Below are positions 38,327 through 50,109 of a stretch of 64,000 nucleotides of DNA, piece after piece. Both the position numbers and the translations under genes were made by a program. Position 1 is the stretch's first letter; each line of letters starts with the position of its first letter. The stretch comes from Octopus vulgaris (taxonomy: Eukaryota). The notes beneath the pieces are model-generated. The model was given only the letters and a program-made list of their open reading frames with translations, searched no databases and was not told where the DNA came from. Location: contig OX597816.1 of assembly GCA_951406725.2 (NCBI GenBank), positions 168,268,001-168,332,000 on the forward strand, written 5' to 3'.

Positions 38327-39545
38327 ATGGAGAAGACTAATATTGAAACATCTCATAAGGACATCCCTTTATCTACCCTAAGGAGTACATTAAGGATATA
38401 ATAGCGAAATTCCATGATCTCACCAGAAGAATGAGATGGAATGCTCTTTTCTTTGACAAACAAAATAGTACAGAAGATGATTTAAACAACAAAAGAAACG
38501 AAAAACTCATGAATATTAGAAGAAATTTTAAATCCTGGAAAAACCCACCAGCAAATAGGATATTAGAAAATTTTGATGATGACCTTTGGAACCGACTAAG
38601 AAATATTAAGTTTAAAAAAAGCATCACCAATTGTTGATAGAGCGGCTATTCGAGTATGATCGTTACCAGCGTCGCCTTACTGGCACTCATGCCTGTGCTA
38701 GTAGGGTGCCAAGAACACCATCCGAGTGTGATCGTTGCCAGAGCAGCCAACTGGCTTCCATACCCATGGCATGTAGAAGGGCACCATTCATGCGTGATCG
38801 TTACCAACGTCGCTTCACTGGCACGTGTAAAAGGATTCGAGCAAGGTCATTGCCAATACCGCCTGACTGGCCCCCTTACCGGTGGCACGTAAAAAGCTCC
38901 CATTACACTCTTGGAGTGGTTGGCATTAGGAAGGGCATCCAGCGGTAGAAACTCTGCCAGATCAAGACTGGAGCCTGGTGCAGCCATCTGGTTGCCAGCC
39001 CTCAGTCAAAATCGTCCAACCCATGCTAGCATGGAAAACGGACGTTAAACGATGATCGATGATGATGATGATGTTGATGTTATTTGAAGCATGAAGTTAA
39101 TGGACTCCAAAAATTAAAAGGTATAATACAGTCTGATAAAACAGGAAATCTATACAATATAGATGTAGATCTATACTATAATCTCCTACACAAAGAAATT
39201 ATGAAGAAATATAAGATTATAAATAAAGATGTTCTAAAATCTATTAATCTTAAAGTCAAAGAAATAATGAGTGAAGACCAAATTGACGACGTAAGTGAAG
39301 TTTATGAACCATCTCGACCTAGAATTAGCCTGAAAGATCACAAACCTAATTTGCATACTGATCCAAAGGTAAGGCTTATCTGCCCTGCAAATTTGACATT
39401 GGAAAACTAAGCAAATTTATCTTAGATAAATAGCTACATTTATTGAAATCCAAAATAAAACACAACCAGTTGTCAAAAACACTGGATACAATCAAATGGT
39501 TCAACAACATACAAGACAAGGAAAAATGTAAATTCATCCAACTAT
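38327..39545 (+). mobile_element. Penelope-like element ORF, N-terminus to start of RT (pseudogenised), with an RTE tail inserted at about 38635-39072
   Basis: SHKDIP...RRMRWNALFF...FKSWKNPP...FDDDLW, SDKTGNLY, LKDHKPN...PKVRLICP, IKWFNNIQDK...FIQ. Confidence 0.8.
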
Positions 39546-39639
39546 TACCAATTATTACCAATCTATCAACCTTAATAAAGCACTTCTCTTGGGGGTTAGT
39601 AGCCCGCACTCTTAACCACTATGCCAAATACCTGTGGGC

Positions 39640-40115
39640 ATAATCTATAAAACCATCAAAAGCTTGTTTATTTTTATGTTTTTTGATTTATTATTAGTGT
39701 TGCTTAATATGTTTTGCTAAAATTGCTGTTTCTTTTCAGACATCATCAGAAAAAGGTAATTAAAATTCTTTAAAATGACAGATCTATCGGACTTTCAAAC
39801 TGGTGAAATTGTTGGTGCTCGTATGGCAGGTGCTAGCATAATGAAAACAGCCGAAATATTTGGTGTATCAAGGAGTACTGTCTCGAAAGTAATCACAGCC
39901 TTTGAGAAAGATGGAAAAACCTCCTCGTCGAAACAAAACTCTAAAAGAAAACCAAAACTTTCAGATAGGAACCGTTGGACTCTTACAGGAATTATTAGAA
40001 AGGATCACAAAAAGTACAGGTACCAAAATTACTGTAGAGCTTAATGACCACCTTGAGAATCCAGTTTCCACAAAAACTATTTGCCAGGAGCTGTACAAAG
40101 CCGGATTTCACAGGA
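39640..40115 (+). mobile_element. Tc1 transposase N-terminal (paired-like HTH) fragment
   Basis: MTDLSDFQTGEIVGARMAGASIMKTAEIFGVSRSTVSKV...RKPKLSDR, then frameshifted VSTKTICQELYKAG. Confidence 0.85.
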
Positions 40116-40129
40116 TTTCAGGGTCAAAA

Positions 40130-41555
40130 TTGGGAACAAAAACAGGACAGTGGAGACATAAAAGAAACTGAATGAAAACAAACATGGAGGGTCATTAGAC
40201 CAGAACAAGGATTAAATAGCAAATGCTGGAGTAATATTTACTTTGACAAGAGAAAAATAGAAGAGAGAGATAGGATGCATCCAGTCCTTTGGACAGTCCT
40301 GAAAGAAAAGAAAGATGATCATGTGAGGAAAAGAAAGATGGACGATGGTCACGTGTGAGCAACGATAAAGAGTAAAGGAGAGAGAAGGGGAGAAAGAGAG
40401 AAAGAGAAAAAAGGGAATTAGAGAAAGGATGAAAGAGAAAATGATGGAGGAGAAAAACACTATAGAGTAGAGTAGCATCAAAAAGATGTAGATAAACTTA
40501 CTTGGAAATGGATGCATGGCATTCAATCAAATATTAATATAAATAATATATATATATATATATGTATTTCTTTACTACCCACAAGGGGCTAAACACAGAG
40601 GGGACAAACAGGGACAGACAAAGGGATTAAGTCGATTACAACGACCCCAGTGCGTAACTGGTACTTAATTTATCGACCCCGAAAGGATGAAAGGCAAAGT
40701 CGACCTCGGCGGAATTTGAACTCGGAACGTAACAACAGACGAAATACGGCTATGCAGGTCGCCCGGCGTGCTAACGTTTCTGCCAGCTCGCCGCCTTGTT
40801 ATATATATATGCACACACACTCACACACACACACACAAATTATATATATATACACATATATATATACATATGCATATATGGGTACAGGATGTCACTAACA
40901 GTAAACAGCATGAAATACAAAAACAAATAAGTTCAATATGCAAACAAGAGGAACAAATGGAAAACAGGACAAGTAACATAAAGAACGACCCTTCATCAGT
41001 TGTTGGCTGTCTATATACTCATTTCGAGCATTTAACGACAACGTAAGTCTTCTAAGTCAGTTGCTTCCAAAAGTACCAAAATATAATTTGGGATTTATGG
41101 AGGGTGAAAGTTGGGAACAGGACAGTGGAGACATACAAGGAAACCGAGCAAAAACAAACATGAAGGGTTGTTAGACCAGAACGAGGGTAAAACAGCAAAC
41201 GCTAGAGAAATATTTTCTTTGAAAATATTTCTTTGAAACAAGAAAAGATAGAAGAGAGAGATAGGATACATCCAGTCCTTAGGATAGTCCTGAAGAAAAG
41301 AAAGATGATCATGTGAGGACAAGAAAGATGGACGATGGTCACATGTGAGCAATGAGAGAGAGTAAAGGAGAAAGAGGAGGAGCGAGAGACAGATAGAAAA
41401 CAGTGAAGGGGAGAAAAAAGGGAAATAGAGAAAGGATGAAAGAGAAAATGATGGGCGAGAAAAACAGTATAGAGTAGAGTCACCCCAAAAAGATGAAGAT
41501 AAACTTACTTGGAAATGGATGCATTGTGTTCAATCAAATAATAATATAAATAATA
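40130..41555. repeat. About 430-bp diverged direct repeats (40130-40545, 41110-41555) with a SINE B copy (40565-40796, minus strand) between them
   Basis: Shared ggacagtggagacata...gatgatcatgtgagg...aaacttacttggaaatggatgca. Related pieces lie at 27490-28060 and 28490-28790. Confidence 0.8.
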
Positions 41556-42536
41556 TATATATAGATGTGTGTGTGTGTGTGTGTGTGTATTTTTTGGAGC
41601 AAAACTGCTGGAGAATCAGTATACACCACGTGGCATATAAAAAACATATAAAAAAAAGGGAGGAAGAGGAATGCCTTCATTTCACAAAGTTTTAATATCT
41701 TTTTATAAAGAAATAAACATACATATTTTATGGATGGTAAAAGTCTCATAAAATGTAGTAACATCCAACTGGTTTTCGCTATTTAAATTAGCTTTTCAAG
41801 GAACATTGTGAAGCAATAATTCCTTGAGACAAGGAACCAAGCCATTTTAGATTTCTTGAGAAGTAAAAAGAAACTGAGTGGATAAAGGGAAGCAGCAGGT
41901 GGCAAGGGGGACAACAACCTCCTCAGCATTATTGAATGGTGGTAAATAAATTGGATTTAGAAGGATACGTCCAGTTCTTAGGATAGTCCTAAGGACTATC
42001 CCAAAGTTCTTATCTTGACAGAAAATTAATGAAGCGAATTTCATTTATCTCCACCTTGAACTCAGAAATCATTTGATAAGCACCAAATAAGATGGCGTGA
42101 ATCAGCCAAGCTTTACCTGCTAGAAATAGCAGCCCAAGTGCTTTTAAATCAAATCCCAGTGCTGGATGTTCAAAAACTGAAAGGCAGATTTTCAATCATG
42201 GAATCATCCTGATTCCAAAACGGTATATGTAGAGCAAATGTGGACAGAGATACAGGGGTCCCAGTCAAACAGAATTTTGCTTTTATTATAATATATAAAA
42301 AAAAGTATTCACTAAATGTGTCCATTATAAGAGCTACCTACTAAATAATTGGATCTCCCCGTTTGCTGTTTAGGCTATTTCGGGTCCGTAAGGTTTTTTT
42401 TTTTGCCTCTGGTCCAAGGGAGATAACCCATCCTCATTAACATTTTTGTAAAATATCAAATGTTAAATGTAGGCTATCTTTCGTAAATGTAGTTTCAATA
42501 ATGAAATAATAGATTCATTAAGAACAGCAGCAATGT

Positions 42537-42970
42537 GGATCTTTTCGGTTTGAACGGCAGTTTTTTCTAGCGGTGTCATATGAAATTGTCACCCATAATT
42601 ATGACCCTAGTATCGATCTATTGCATTTCAATCTATTTTAGGGTTAGGGTTAGGGGTGGGGGGAGGGTATCTTTTTTTCTTCACAAATGTAAATAAACCC
42701 AATCTGTTTCTTAAACAAGGGACATATTCATACGGCACAGAATGTTTTTTTTTTTACCTCAATACACGTCAGTGATTGGTTGAAATTGCAGAAATTGAAG
42801 AAAAAAAAACAACAAATATCTTACAGACTATAGAATTTTCTCAAGAAAGCCAAGAGAAAAAGATGTTTTATAAACACATTCTAACAGTATACGAAGTTTA
42901 AAATTTTTTAGTTACCTAGAAATTATGTTAAAAACTGCCGTTCAAACCGAAAAGATCTCCGAAAAGATCC
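42537..42970. mobile_element. MITE with about 29-bp TIRs
   Basis: GGATCTTTTCGGTTTGAACGGCAGTTTTT ... AAAAACTGCCGTTCAAACCGAAAAGATC, with internal (TTAGGG)3. Confidence 0.8.
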
Positions 42971-43249
42971 AAATTATTTACTTTGTGTTTTTGTATTTTA
43001 TTTACTTTGTTTAACAAAAATTATATCAAATGTTAAATAATAATAATGAAATTATTGTATACAGTGCTCAGGTGCACCACAACTGTTCAGGTGCACCACA
43101 AATGTAGGCAATCTTTCGTAAATGTAGTTTGAATAATGAAATAACAGATTCTTTAAGAGCAGCAGCAATGTTTCCAATAATAATTTTAAATTAGAGAAAT
43201 TATTAAAAAGAAAAAACAATACAACATATATATATATATATATATAAAA

Positions 43250-43353
43250 TTATTTTCTTTTGAATTCGTTTCGTATTTTTAGAGTAACTTTAAATTTTAT
43301 TTACGGAACTCTCTAATATAGAAAAACAAATTAGTGACAACAACACGTGCAAA
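43250..43353 (+). promoter_or_regulatory. Probable EXOSC6 promoter/5' UTR
   Basis: Unique, relatively CpG-retaining sequence directly upstream of the ATG, with E-box CACGTG at 43344-43349. The TSS cannot be determined from sequence. Confidence 0.4.
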
Positions 43354-43440
43354 ATGCCGACGGACAACAAACGAATTTGTGGTCCTGAAACCTCAAACAC
43401 TCCTTATTCCTACTGTAAAGACACTGAAACACGGGCATTG
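43354..43440 (+). CDS. EXOSC6: Exosome complex component MTR3/EXOSC6, coding exon 1
   Basis: ATG at 43354 gives MPTDNKRICGPETSNTPYSYCKDTETRAL, resembling the MPxDxxRIxGPE start of metazoan MTR3. Ends in phase 0 at donor GTAAGT (43441). Confidence 0.9.
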
Positions 43441-43551
43441 GTAAGTCTCATCTTTGTTTTGGGCGATGCTTCGGTATATGTACAATCGTGACTTTGTTTA
43501 CATTTCTGAAGATAACAGAAACCCTTTTCTCCTACCTCTAACCCTAACACC

Positions 43552-43601
<50 letters not shown>

Positions 43602-43811
43602 GTATCCGGTACCTATACCGAAGGTTCGCCTTGTTTTGTTGCATCCATTTAAAAAGCCCCTCCGTCATTATTTCAATGTATTTTTCTTTAAATTTTAAAA
43701 TTACCTTTACTGTATCCTACATGTAATTGACAAACCGTTTCTTAAGATTATTTTGTTTTCATATCTTGTGAGAAACTATACCACGTCTTTAGTATAAGAA
43801 ATATAATAGCT

Positions 43812-44148
43812 TTGGCTCAGTGGTTAGAGCGTCGAGCTTACGATCGCGAGGTTGTGAGCTCGAATCCCGGACCGGGCTGCGTGTTGTGTTCTTGAGCAAG
43901 GCACTTTATTTCACGTTGCTCCAGTTCACTCAGCTGTAGAAATGAGTTGCGACGTCACAGGTGCCAAGCTGTATCGGCCCCTTTGCCTTTCCATTGGACA
44001 ACATCGGTGACGTGGAGAGGGGGAGGCCGGTATGCATGGACGACTGCTGGTCTTCCGTAAACCACCTTGCCCAGACTTGTGTCTAGGAGGGTAACTTTCT
44101 AGGTGCAATCCCATGGTCATTCATGACCGAAGGGGGTCTTTACTTACT
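43812..44148 (+). mobile_element. tRNA-derived SINE (family D), EXOSC6 intron 1
   Basis: Head tggctcagtggttagagcg...tcgaatccc, CORE-like cttgagcaaggcactt, ttac tail. Confidence 0.8.
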
Positions 44149-44164
44149 ATCAGACAATATAATC

Positions 44165-44608
44165 ATAAATTCCGACGTCTGGCAGCTGACTTGGCAGACA
44201 CCCATAAAATTATCAACCATCGTACAAACAATAACTCTGAGCACCTTTTCAAACTCCACCCGTCTAACACCCGTGGACATATTTACAAAGTCAGAAAACA
44301 GCGCAGCTCCCATGACTTCAGGAAACATTTTTTCACACTGAGAGTTGCTGAAGCATGGAACAAACTGCCGGCATCAGTTGTTAGTTGTCGGAACACAGGA
44401 TCCTTCAAAACTTCCATGCTTTCTGAGATTCGCCAACACTACACCTGATCTTTCTCCCCTCTTTACACACACAAGCATGTATCTGACTCATACATTGTTC
44501 GCTTTCCAGACATTTCTACATTACTGCATGTACTTTATATGCACTTTCTGACAAGTTGTGGTGCACCTGAGCACTGTATACAATAATTTCATTATTATTA
44601 TTATTATA
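44165..44608 (+). mobile_element. CR1-clade LINE 3' end
   Basis: RRLAADL...TRGH..K...RKHFFTLRVAEAWNKLP.SVV, with (ATT)n tail. An inverted tail piece lies at 43037-43100. Confidence 0.85.
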
Positions 44609-44614
44609 TAATTA

Positions 44615-44846
44615 AGGCGGCGATCTGGTAGAAACGTTAGCACACCAGGCGAAATGCATAGCCGTATTTCGTCTGCCGTTATGTTCTGAGTTCAAATTCC
44701 GCCGAGGTCGACTTTGCCTTTCATCCTTTCGGGGTCGATAAATTAAGTACCAGTTACGCACTGGGGTCGATGTAATCGACTTGATACCTATGTCTGTCCT
44801 TGTTTGTCCTCTCAGTGTTTAGCCCCTTGTGGGTAGTAAAGAAATA
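44615..44846 (+). mobile_element. SINE family B
   Basis: Full copy ggcggcga.ctgg.agaaacgttagc...gtaaagaaata. Others lie at 53770-54143 (with tandem partial) and 59081-59292 (TSD GATATTTAGATAACAA). Confidence 0.85.
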
Positions 44847-44993
44847 CACAATTAAGGACGAATAGTCGCTGCTTCTAACTAAACTCTACAAAATTAATAT
44901 TTTCAACATTAATATTTTCAATCTTCACCCGGGAACCAAAAAAAAATGGTAAAATTAACCAGCCTGGCGTGGAAAACTCATTCAACATTAAAA

Positions 44994-46075
44994 AAAATTG
45001 GGTTGGGTGGAACCCTCGGAAATTTCACCCTTCATCCCCTTTGGGAAGTACACCCATACGATTTTCACTAAAAAAAAGAAAAAAACCTCACATTTTTTGC
45101 GTGGGATTAAGTCCTCTGACCTCCAAGTCTGTGGAAAACGAATATGAAAGCAAAATGCGCGCTGACGACCCTGGGGGTGGGGGAGGGGACTTTCGGAAAA
45201 TTCACAAGATCTGATTTTTCCTCTTCCTCATTGCATATTTTTGAATGAATTTTGGTAGCCACGTTTTCGAAGAGGCAAACTTACACAAGTGTGCCCCCTC
45301 TCCGATTTTGTTTCCTTGCAACTTACAGAAAAATGGATATTTTCTACAAATATGCTTCATATGATGTGGATCTCGATTATATGGGAATTTGTGGTGAATA
45401 AATTTGGTAAATTTCGATACTTTCACGCGCGCGATTTTCACTAATAAGGGTTTGCGGCATTTTAGGAGGTCAGAATACTCGATTCCACACAAAAAATCTT
45501 AGTAATTTTTTCTTTTCTTAGGGAAAATCGTGCGGGTGTACTTCCCAAGGGGTGAAATTTCCGAGCGTTCTACCCCACCTCGTTTTCCGCGCCCCCCCCT
45601 CCCAAAGGCTTTGTGGCATATTAGGAGGTTACCGTAATTCATTCTACTAACTCAAATTTTTTGCGTGGAATCAAGTACCTTGACCTCCTAATACACCGCA
45701 AACCCTATATTTTAGTTGGGGAAAAAAGTGGAGGGGGAGCGCCACCCCAATCATTGGAAATTTTTTTTTTTGTTGAATGAATTACGGTGACCTAATATGG
45801 GGGATCCAGAAAATTGGGTTGGGTGGAACCCTCGGAAATTTCACCCTCCATCCCCTTTGGGAAGTACACCCGTATGATTTTCACTAAAAAAAGAAAAACC
45901 TCACATTTTTTTGCATGGGATTAAGTCCTCTGACCTCCAAATATGCTGCAAACCCTTATTTTTGTTCAGGAATGTTGGGGGGGGGGGGGTAGGCGATATC
46001 CCAGGGTCATTAGAATTTTTTTTTATGTTGAATGAATTACGATGACCTCCTAATATGCCACAGAACCCTTTTGGG
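44994..46075. repeat. Complex direct plus inverted modular repeat
   Basis: Direct copies at 44994-45127 and 45810-45940, inverted copy at about 45450-45580, further sub-module repeats at 45610-45800 and 46010-46075. Confidence 0.7.
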
Positions 46076-46487
46076 GGGGTAGATGATGATGATCGTTGCA
46101 TCGCAGAAGTCGTTCGGGGGTAGGTGGGGGGGTCTTGTTTTCCCAGATATTGAGGATAAAGAGCATCAGGTGATTTCTCAGTTCAGGACCTCCATGCATG
46201 GGAACCCAAATGGGATGTTGTCTGGTCCTAGAGTTTTCCCTGGTTTCATGCACCCAAGTGCCTTGAATCCCTTTTGTTACACCTGTTTTTATTTTTTTCT
46301 ATTTTTCTCAGTTCTCCATGTTAAAGTTTTCAATCTTGCCTAGTAGAGGAGTATTGTCTCAGCCCAGTTCACTCTCTATTCATCTATAACTTCCCCCATT
46401 TTATTCCGTTTCTGCATCTATTTCTTTGCCTCATTGATTCATTGTATCAACTATAATTACTTATTTGTTGCCTATTTGCTTTTTAAG

Positions 46488-46545
46488 CTTGATGAAAACC
46501 AAAAAAGATGGGATTCCAGACTTTTCAATCAAATGCGGCCCACAT
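46488..46545 (+). CDS. EXOSC6: EXOSC6 coding exon 2
   Basis: Acceptor ttgctttttaag, donor gtaagt. 58 nt, phase 0 to 1, encodes LDENQKRWDSRLFNQMRPT(F), matching the RxDxR...RP motif of RNase PH-fold subunits. It bridges the phases of exons 1 and 3 exactly. Confidence 0.88.
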
Positions 46546-46932
46546 GTAAGTATTATTGGTCTGATTAGTTCCTGCGTGTCTGCAACATACATTTAAATCA
46601 GTTCATACAGAATTGGCAATATGCCAGCATGGAAAGCGGACATCAAATGCTGATGATGATGAAGATGTGTGGAAATTTTAATGATTGAGAGTATTGAGGA
46701 TAGTTTTTGAAGGAAGACTGCTTTGTAAGATCTATCTCCATCATTACTTGTTCTATTGTAAAGATGTAAATATTAACCCTAAAACTTAAGTATTGTTGAA
46801 ATGTGTGTTTTATTCCTGGTAATAATTGCAACTAAATGGAACAGGAAATTCTTTGAGTTTGTCATATCTATCTCACTGTACACCATGTCTTTGGAAAGAT
46901 GCATTTTAAATTTTCTGAAATATTTCACAGAA

Positions 46933-48650
46933 ATCATCATCATTTAACATCCGCATTCCATGCTAGCATGGGTTGGACGATTTGACTGAGGTCTGGCGAA
47001 CCAGGCTCCAATCTGATCTGGTTGTTTCTACAGCTGGATGCCCTTCCTAACGCCAACCACTCCAAGAGTGTAGTGGGTGCTTTTATGTGCCACCGGCACG
47101 AGGGCCAGTTTGGTGGTACTGGCCACGGCCACGTCCAAATGGTGCTTTTTATGTGCCACCTGCACAGGAGCCAGTCCAGCGGCACTAGAAACGTCCTCGC
47201 TCGAATGTTTCAAGTGCTAGTAAGGCGACGCGGTAACGATCACACTTGAATGGTGTGCTTAACGTGCCACCATTCGAGCGTGAAGAAAATCAATATAAAT
47301 GAAAAAGGAAACACATGAACTGTATGGCAATCTAAATCTCCAAATGTAATACAATACTTGTAAAATATGATTTACCATTTAATATATCGTTGTCTCGTAA
47401 ATAAATTCTCCTTCCAGTTAAACTAGTTTATATAATACCTGTTAATAAATAAAATGGTGTAGATATACGTTTAAATATTTGTTGTGCAAGATTTTTTATG
47501 TGAAGTCGTGTGTTGAAACAGATATTGTTATATTTCGGAATGGCTGACGGTTAGTAAGGAGAGACACAAATAAGAAAGAAGAAAACAAAGGACCACTGAT
47601 GCGGTCACAGGAGTGTGACGACAGAACTCTTGCTAAAATAAGATTAAGATTAATGTAAAAAATAAATAACACCAAATATATAGTGCGTGTGTTTTTATTG
47701 GCTAAACTGGCAATATGACCATTCCGAAATATAACAATAGGTGTAGATATAATTTTTGCTTACTATTATACTGAATATATTTATTTTCATTTTTCAGTTT
47801 TACGTGCTGGAGTAGTGAGTCAGGCCAAAGGATCTGCTTACATTGAACTGAACAAAACCAAAGTCATCTGTGCTGTGTAAGTTACTGTTCTGCAGGAAAT
47901 TTGTTAATTTTTATTAAGACCTTTATTTGCTACCAATTTTTCACAACGGTGTTAATAATAGTGTAAGGAACTACTCATGCAAGAATTTAAAGCAATGTAC
48001 TACAAAATAAGAATATATTTACTCTTAGTTTGAGATGCTGGCATGTAAAAAAGCACCATCCAATTGTGGTCGTTGCCAGCCTCATCTGGCTCCCGTGCCG
48101 GTGGCACGTAAAAAGCACCCACTACATTCGTGGGGTGGTTGGCGTTAGGAAGGGCATCCAGCTGTAGAAACACTGCCAGATCAAACTGGGCCTGGCGCAG
48201 CCTACTTGCTTCCCAGACCTCAGTTGAACCGTCCAACCCATGCTAGCATGGAAAACGGACATTAAACGATGATGATGATGATTCAGTTTCAGAACTGTAA
48301 AACGCTAAAAACTATTACAACAATTTTTGTTCAGGTCATCCCACAACCATTAAAACTTTTCCTGTTTACTTTCTTTATTGTTAAGTAAGTACAAAGTACA
48401 AATTATTGTGTCAATCATCATCATTTAACGTCCGTTTTCCATGCTAGCATGGGTTGGATGGTTCGACCGGTGTCTGGGAAGCCATGGAGGCTGCACCAGG
48501 CTCTAGTCTGATTTGGCAGTGTTTCTACAGCTGGATGCCCTTCCTAATGCCAACCACTCCGTGAGTGTAGTGGGTGTTTTTTACATGCCACTGGCAAACG
48601 GCCACGATCGGTTGGTGCTTTTACGTTCACCGCCATGGATGCCAGTCAGG
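46933..48650. mobile_element. Three RTE 3' UTR fragments around exon 3 (46933-47280 -, 48035-48282 +, 48415-48650 -)
   Basis: Each carries ggaagggcatccagctgtagaaac and a (GAT)n tail. Confidence 0.85.
47798..47876 (+). CDS. EXOSC6: EXOSC6 coding exon 3
   Basis: Acceptor ttttcatttttcag, donor gtaagt. Encodes (F)LRAGVVSQAKGSAYIELNKTKVICA(V), the GSAY.E..TKV.CAV RNase PH motif. Phase 1 to 2. Confidence 0.95.
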
Positions 48651-49144
48651 CATGTCAATAATTATGAAATATAAATTCATCTGTTGAAAAGACTTACATT
48701 TCAAAATTTCAGTTACTAAGTTTTCCAGAAGACAACGTGTCTATGGATGTGATACGAAGTTTTAACAGAAGTGGCAGAAGCATACTCTTTTGTTTCTATA
48801 TATCTTTGACAACTTACATTATTTATATTCAAAGAAGAATTTGATTTGGAGTCCCTCTGACCATTCTTTTCTGTTTCTGATGAATACTCTCTTTGCACTA
48901 AGATTTTCAAAATATAGTTTATGAGAGAAATTAATATGAAAATTTAAATTAGGAAAATTTGTTTTTGGATTTCAATTTCCAATGAAGTTTTATAAAATCA
49001 TTTTTAATATGAATTAAGGTTGAATGGTTCTACAAATTTCCAAGAATTGTTTGAGTTTTCTAGCTGAATATTGTATCACCATATAAGATAAGCTATTAGC
49101 CAATATTCAGCTGGAATAAATATATGTATATATGTGTGTGTGTG

Positions 49145-49190
<46 letters not shown>

Positions 49191-49278
49191 TAATCCAAAC
49201 AAGAAAGCACAAAAAAACACAACAATGCGAGGACGTGGAATAAATATAGTATTATTGAACGCTCAGGAAAGAAGGAGG

Positions 49279-49313
49279 GTTTAATGTTTCGAGCAGAGCT
49301 CTTCGTCGGAAAC
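49279..49313 (-). ncRNA. Minimal hammerhead motif (degenerate)
   Basis: Minus strand reads GTTT-CCGACGA-A-GAGC-tct-GCTC-GAAAC-ATT-AAAC. Confidence 0.5.
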
Positions 49314-49364
49314 ATAGGAGAAGGGAAGACAGAGGAAAAAAAAATCGCCAACGGTACACGAGGT

Positions 49365-49403
<39 letters not shown>

Positions 49404-50109
49404 ATATCTGTATGAGTTGGAGGTTGAGAAACCAACAAAGGGATAGTACCTATCCAATATACTGCTGGTAGTAGTGTACCCAGTTATTCATATCCAAGTG
49501 CTAGTTATTGCATGGCAATCTCGCAATTGAGTATTATATACGGGCAGGGGTAACAAGTAGTTTACCTTTGATTTATACGGCAAATAAGAAAATGGAGAGG
49601 ATATAAAATGGACAGACATCAGCCGGTAAACATTCCATTATGTCTATTTATTCAAATGTATTGGATGAACTCACACTCAGGTATGAGAGGTAGAGATTAG
49701 TGAGTGGAAAAAAAACTGGTAACTGCATAAACAAGGAAGAGAATACATATAAGCATAGAGAAACAAGTAAGCAAACTGGCAAAAAAGTAAATGGGTGTGT
49801 AGGTGCTATTTCCTTATGACCGTTTCTGCCAAGAGGCAATGAAATCTTCCATGGTAATTTAGCTGAGTTGTGAGAATGGGTTGTGATATTTGTTCCAGCT
49901 CTCAGCATTCTGAGTTCAAGCCCATTCAATGTTGACTATGCCTTTCATTCTTTTGTGTCGATAAATGAATTCCAGTCAAGTACAGGGGCTGTTTCGTCCT
50001 CCCATTCTCTTCCCCTGTTTCTCCACATGAAAGGAACATTCAAATCATGCCCTGTCCCCACCAGTACTTTTTTATTTCCTGTAGATTTTACTAAATCTGA
50101 AGCTTATAT

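Noticed and set aside
42117-42176. Minus-strand exon (cctttcag ... CAG|gtaaag) of a divergent gene
   Set aside because: Splice signals are plausible, but there is no recognisable protein or partner exon, and it overlaps a repeat-like motif (ctgctatttctagca).
42637-42656. Interstitial telomere (TTAGGG)3
   Set aside because: It is a short tract internal to a MITE.
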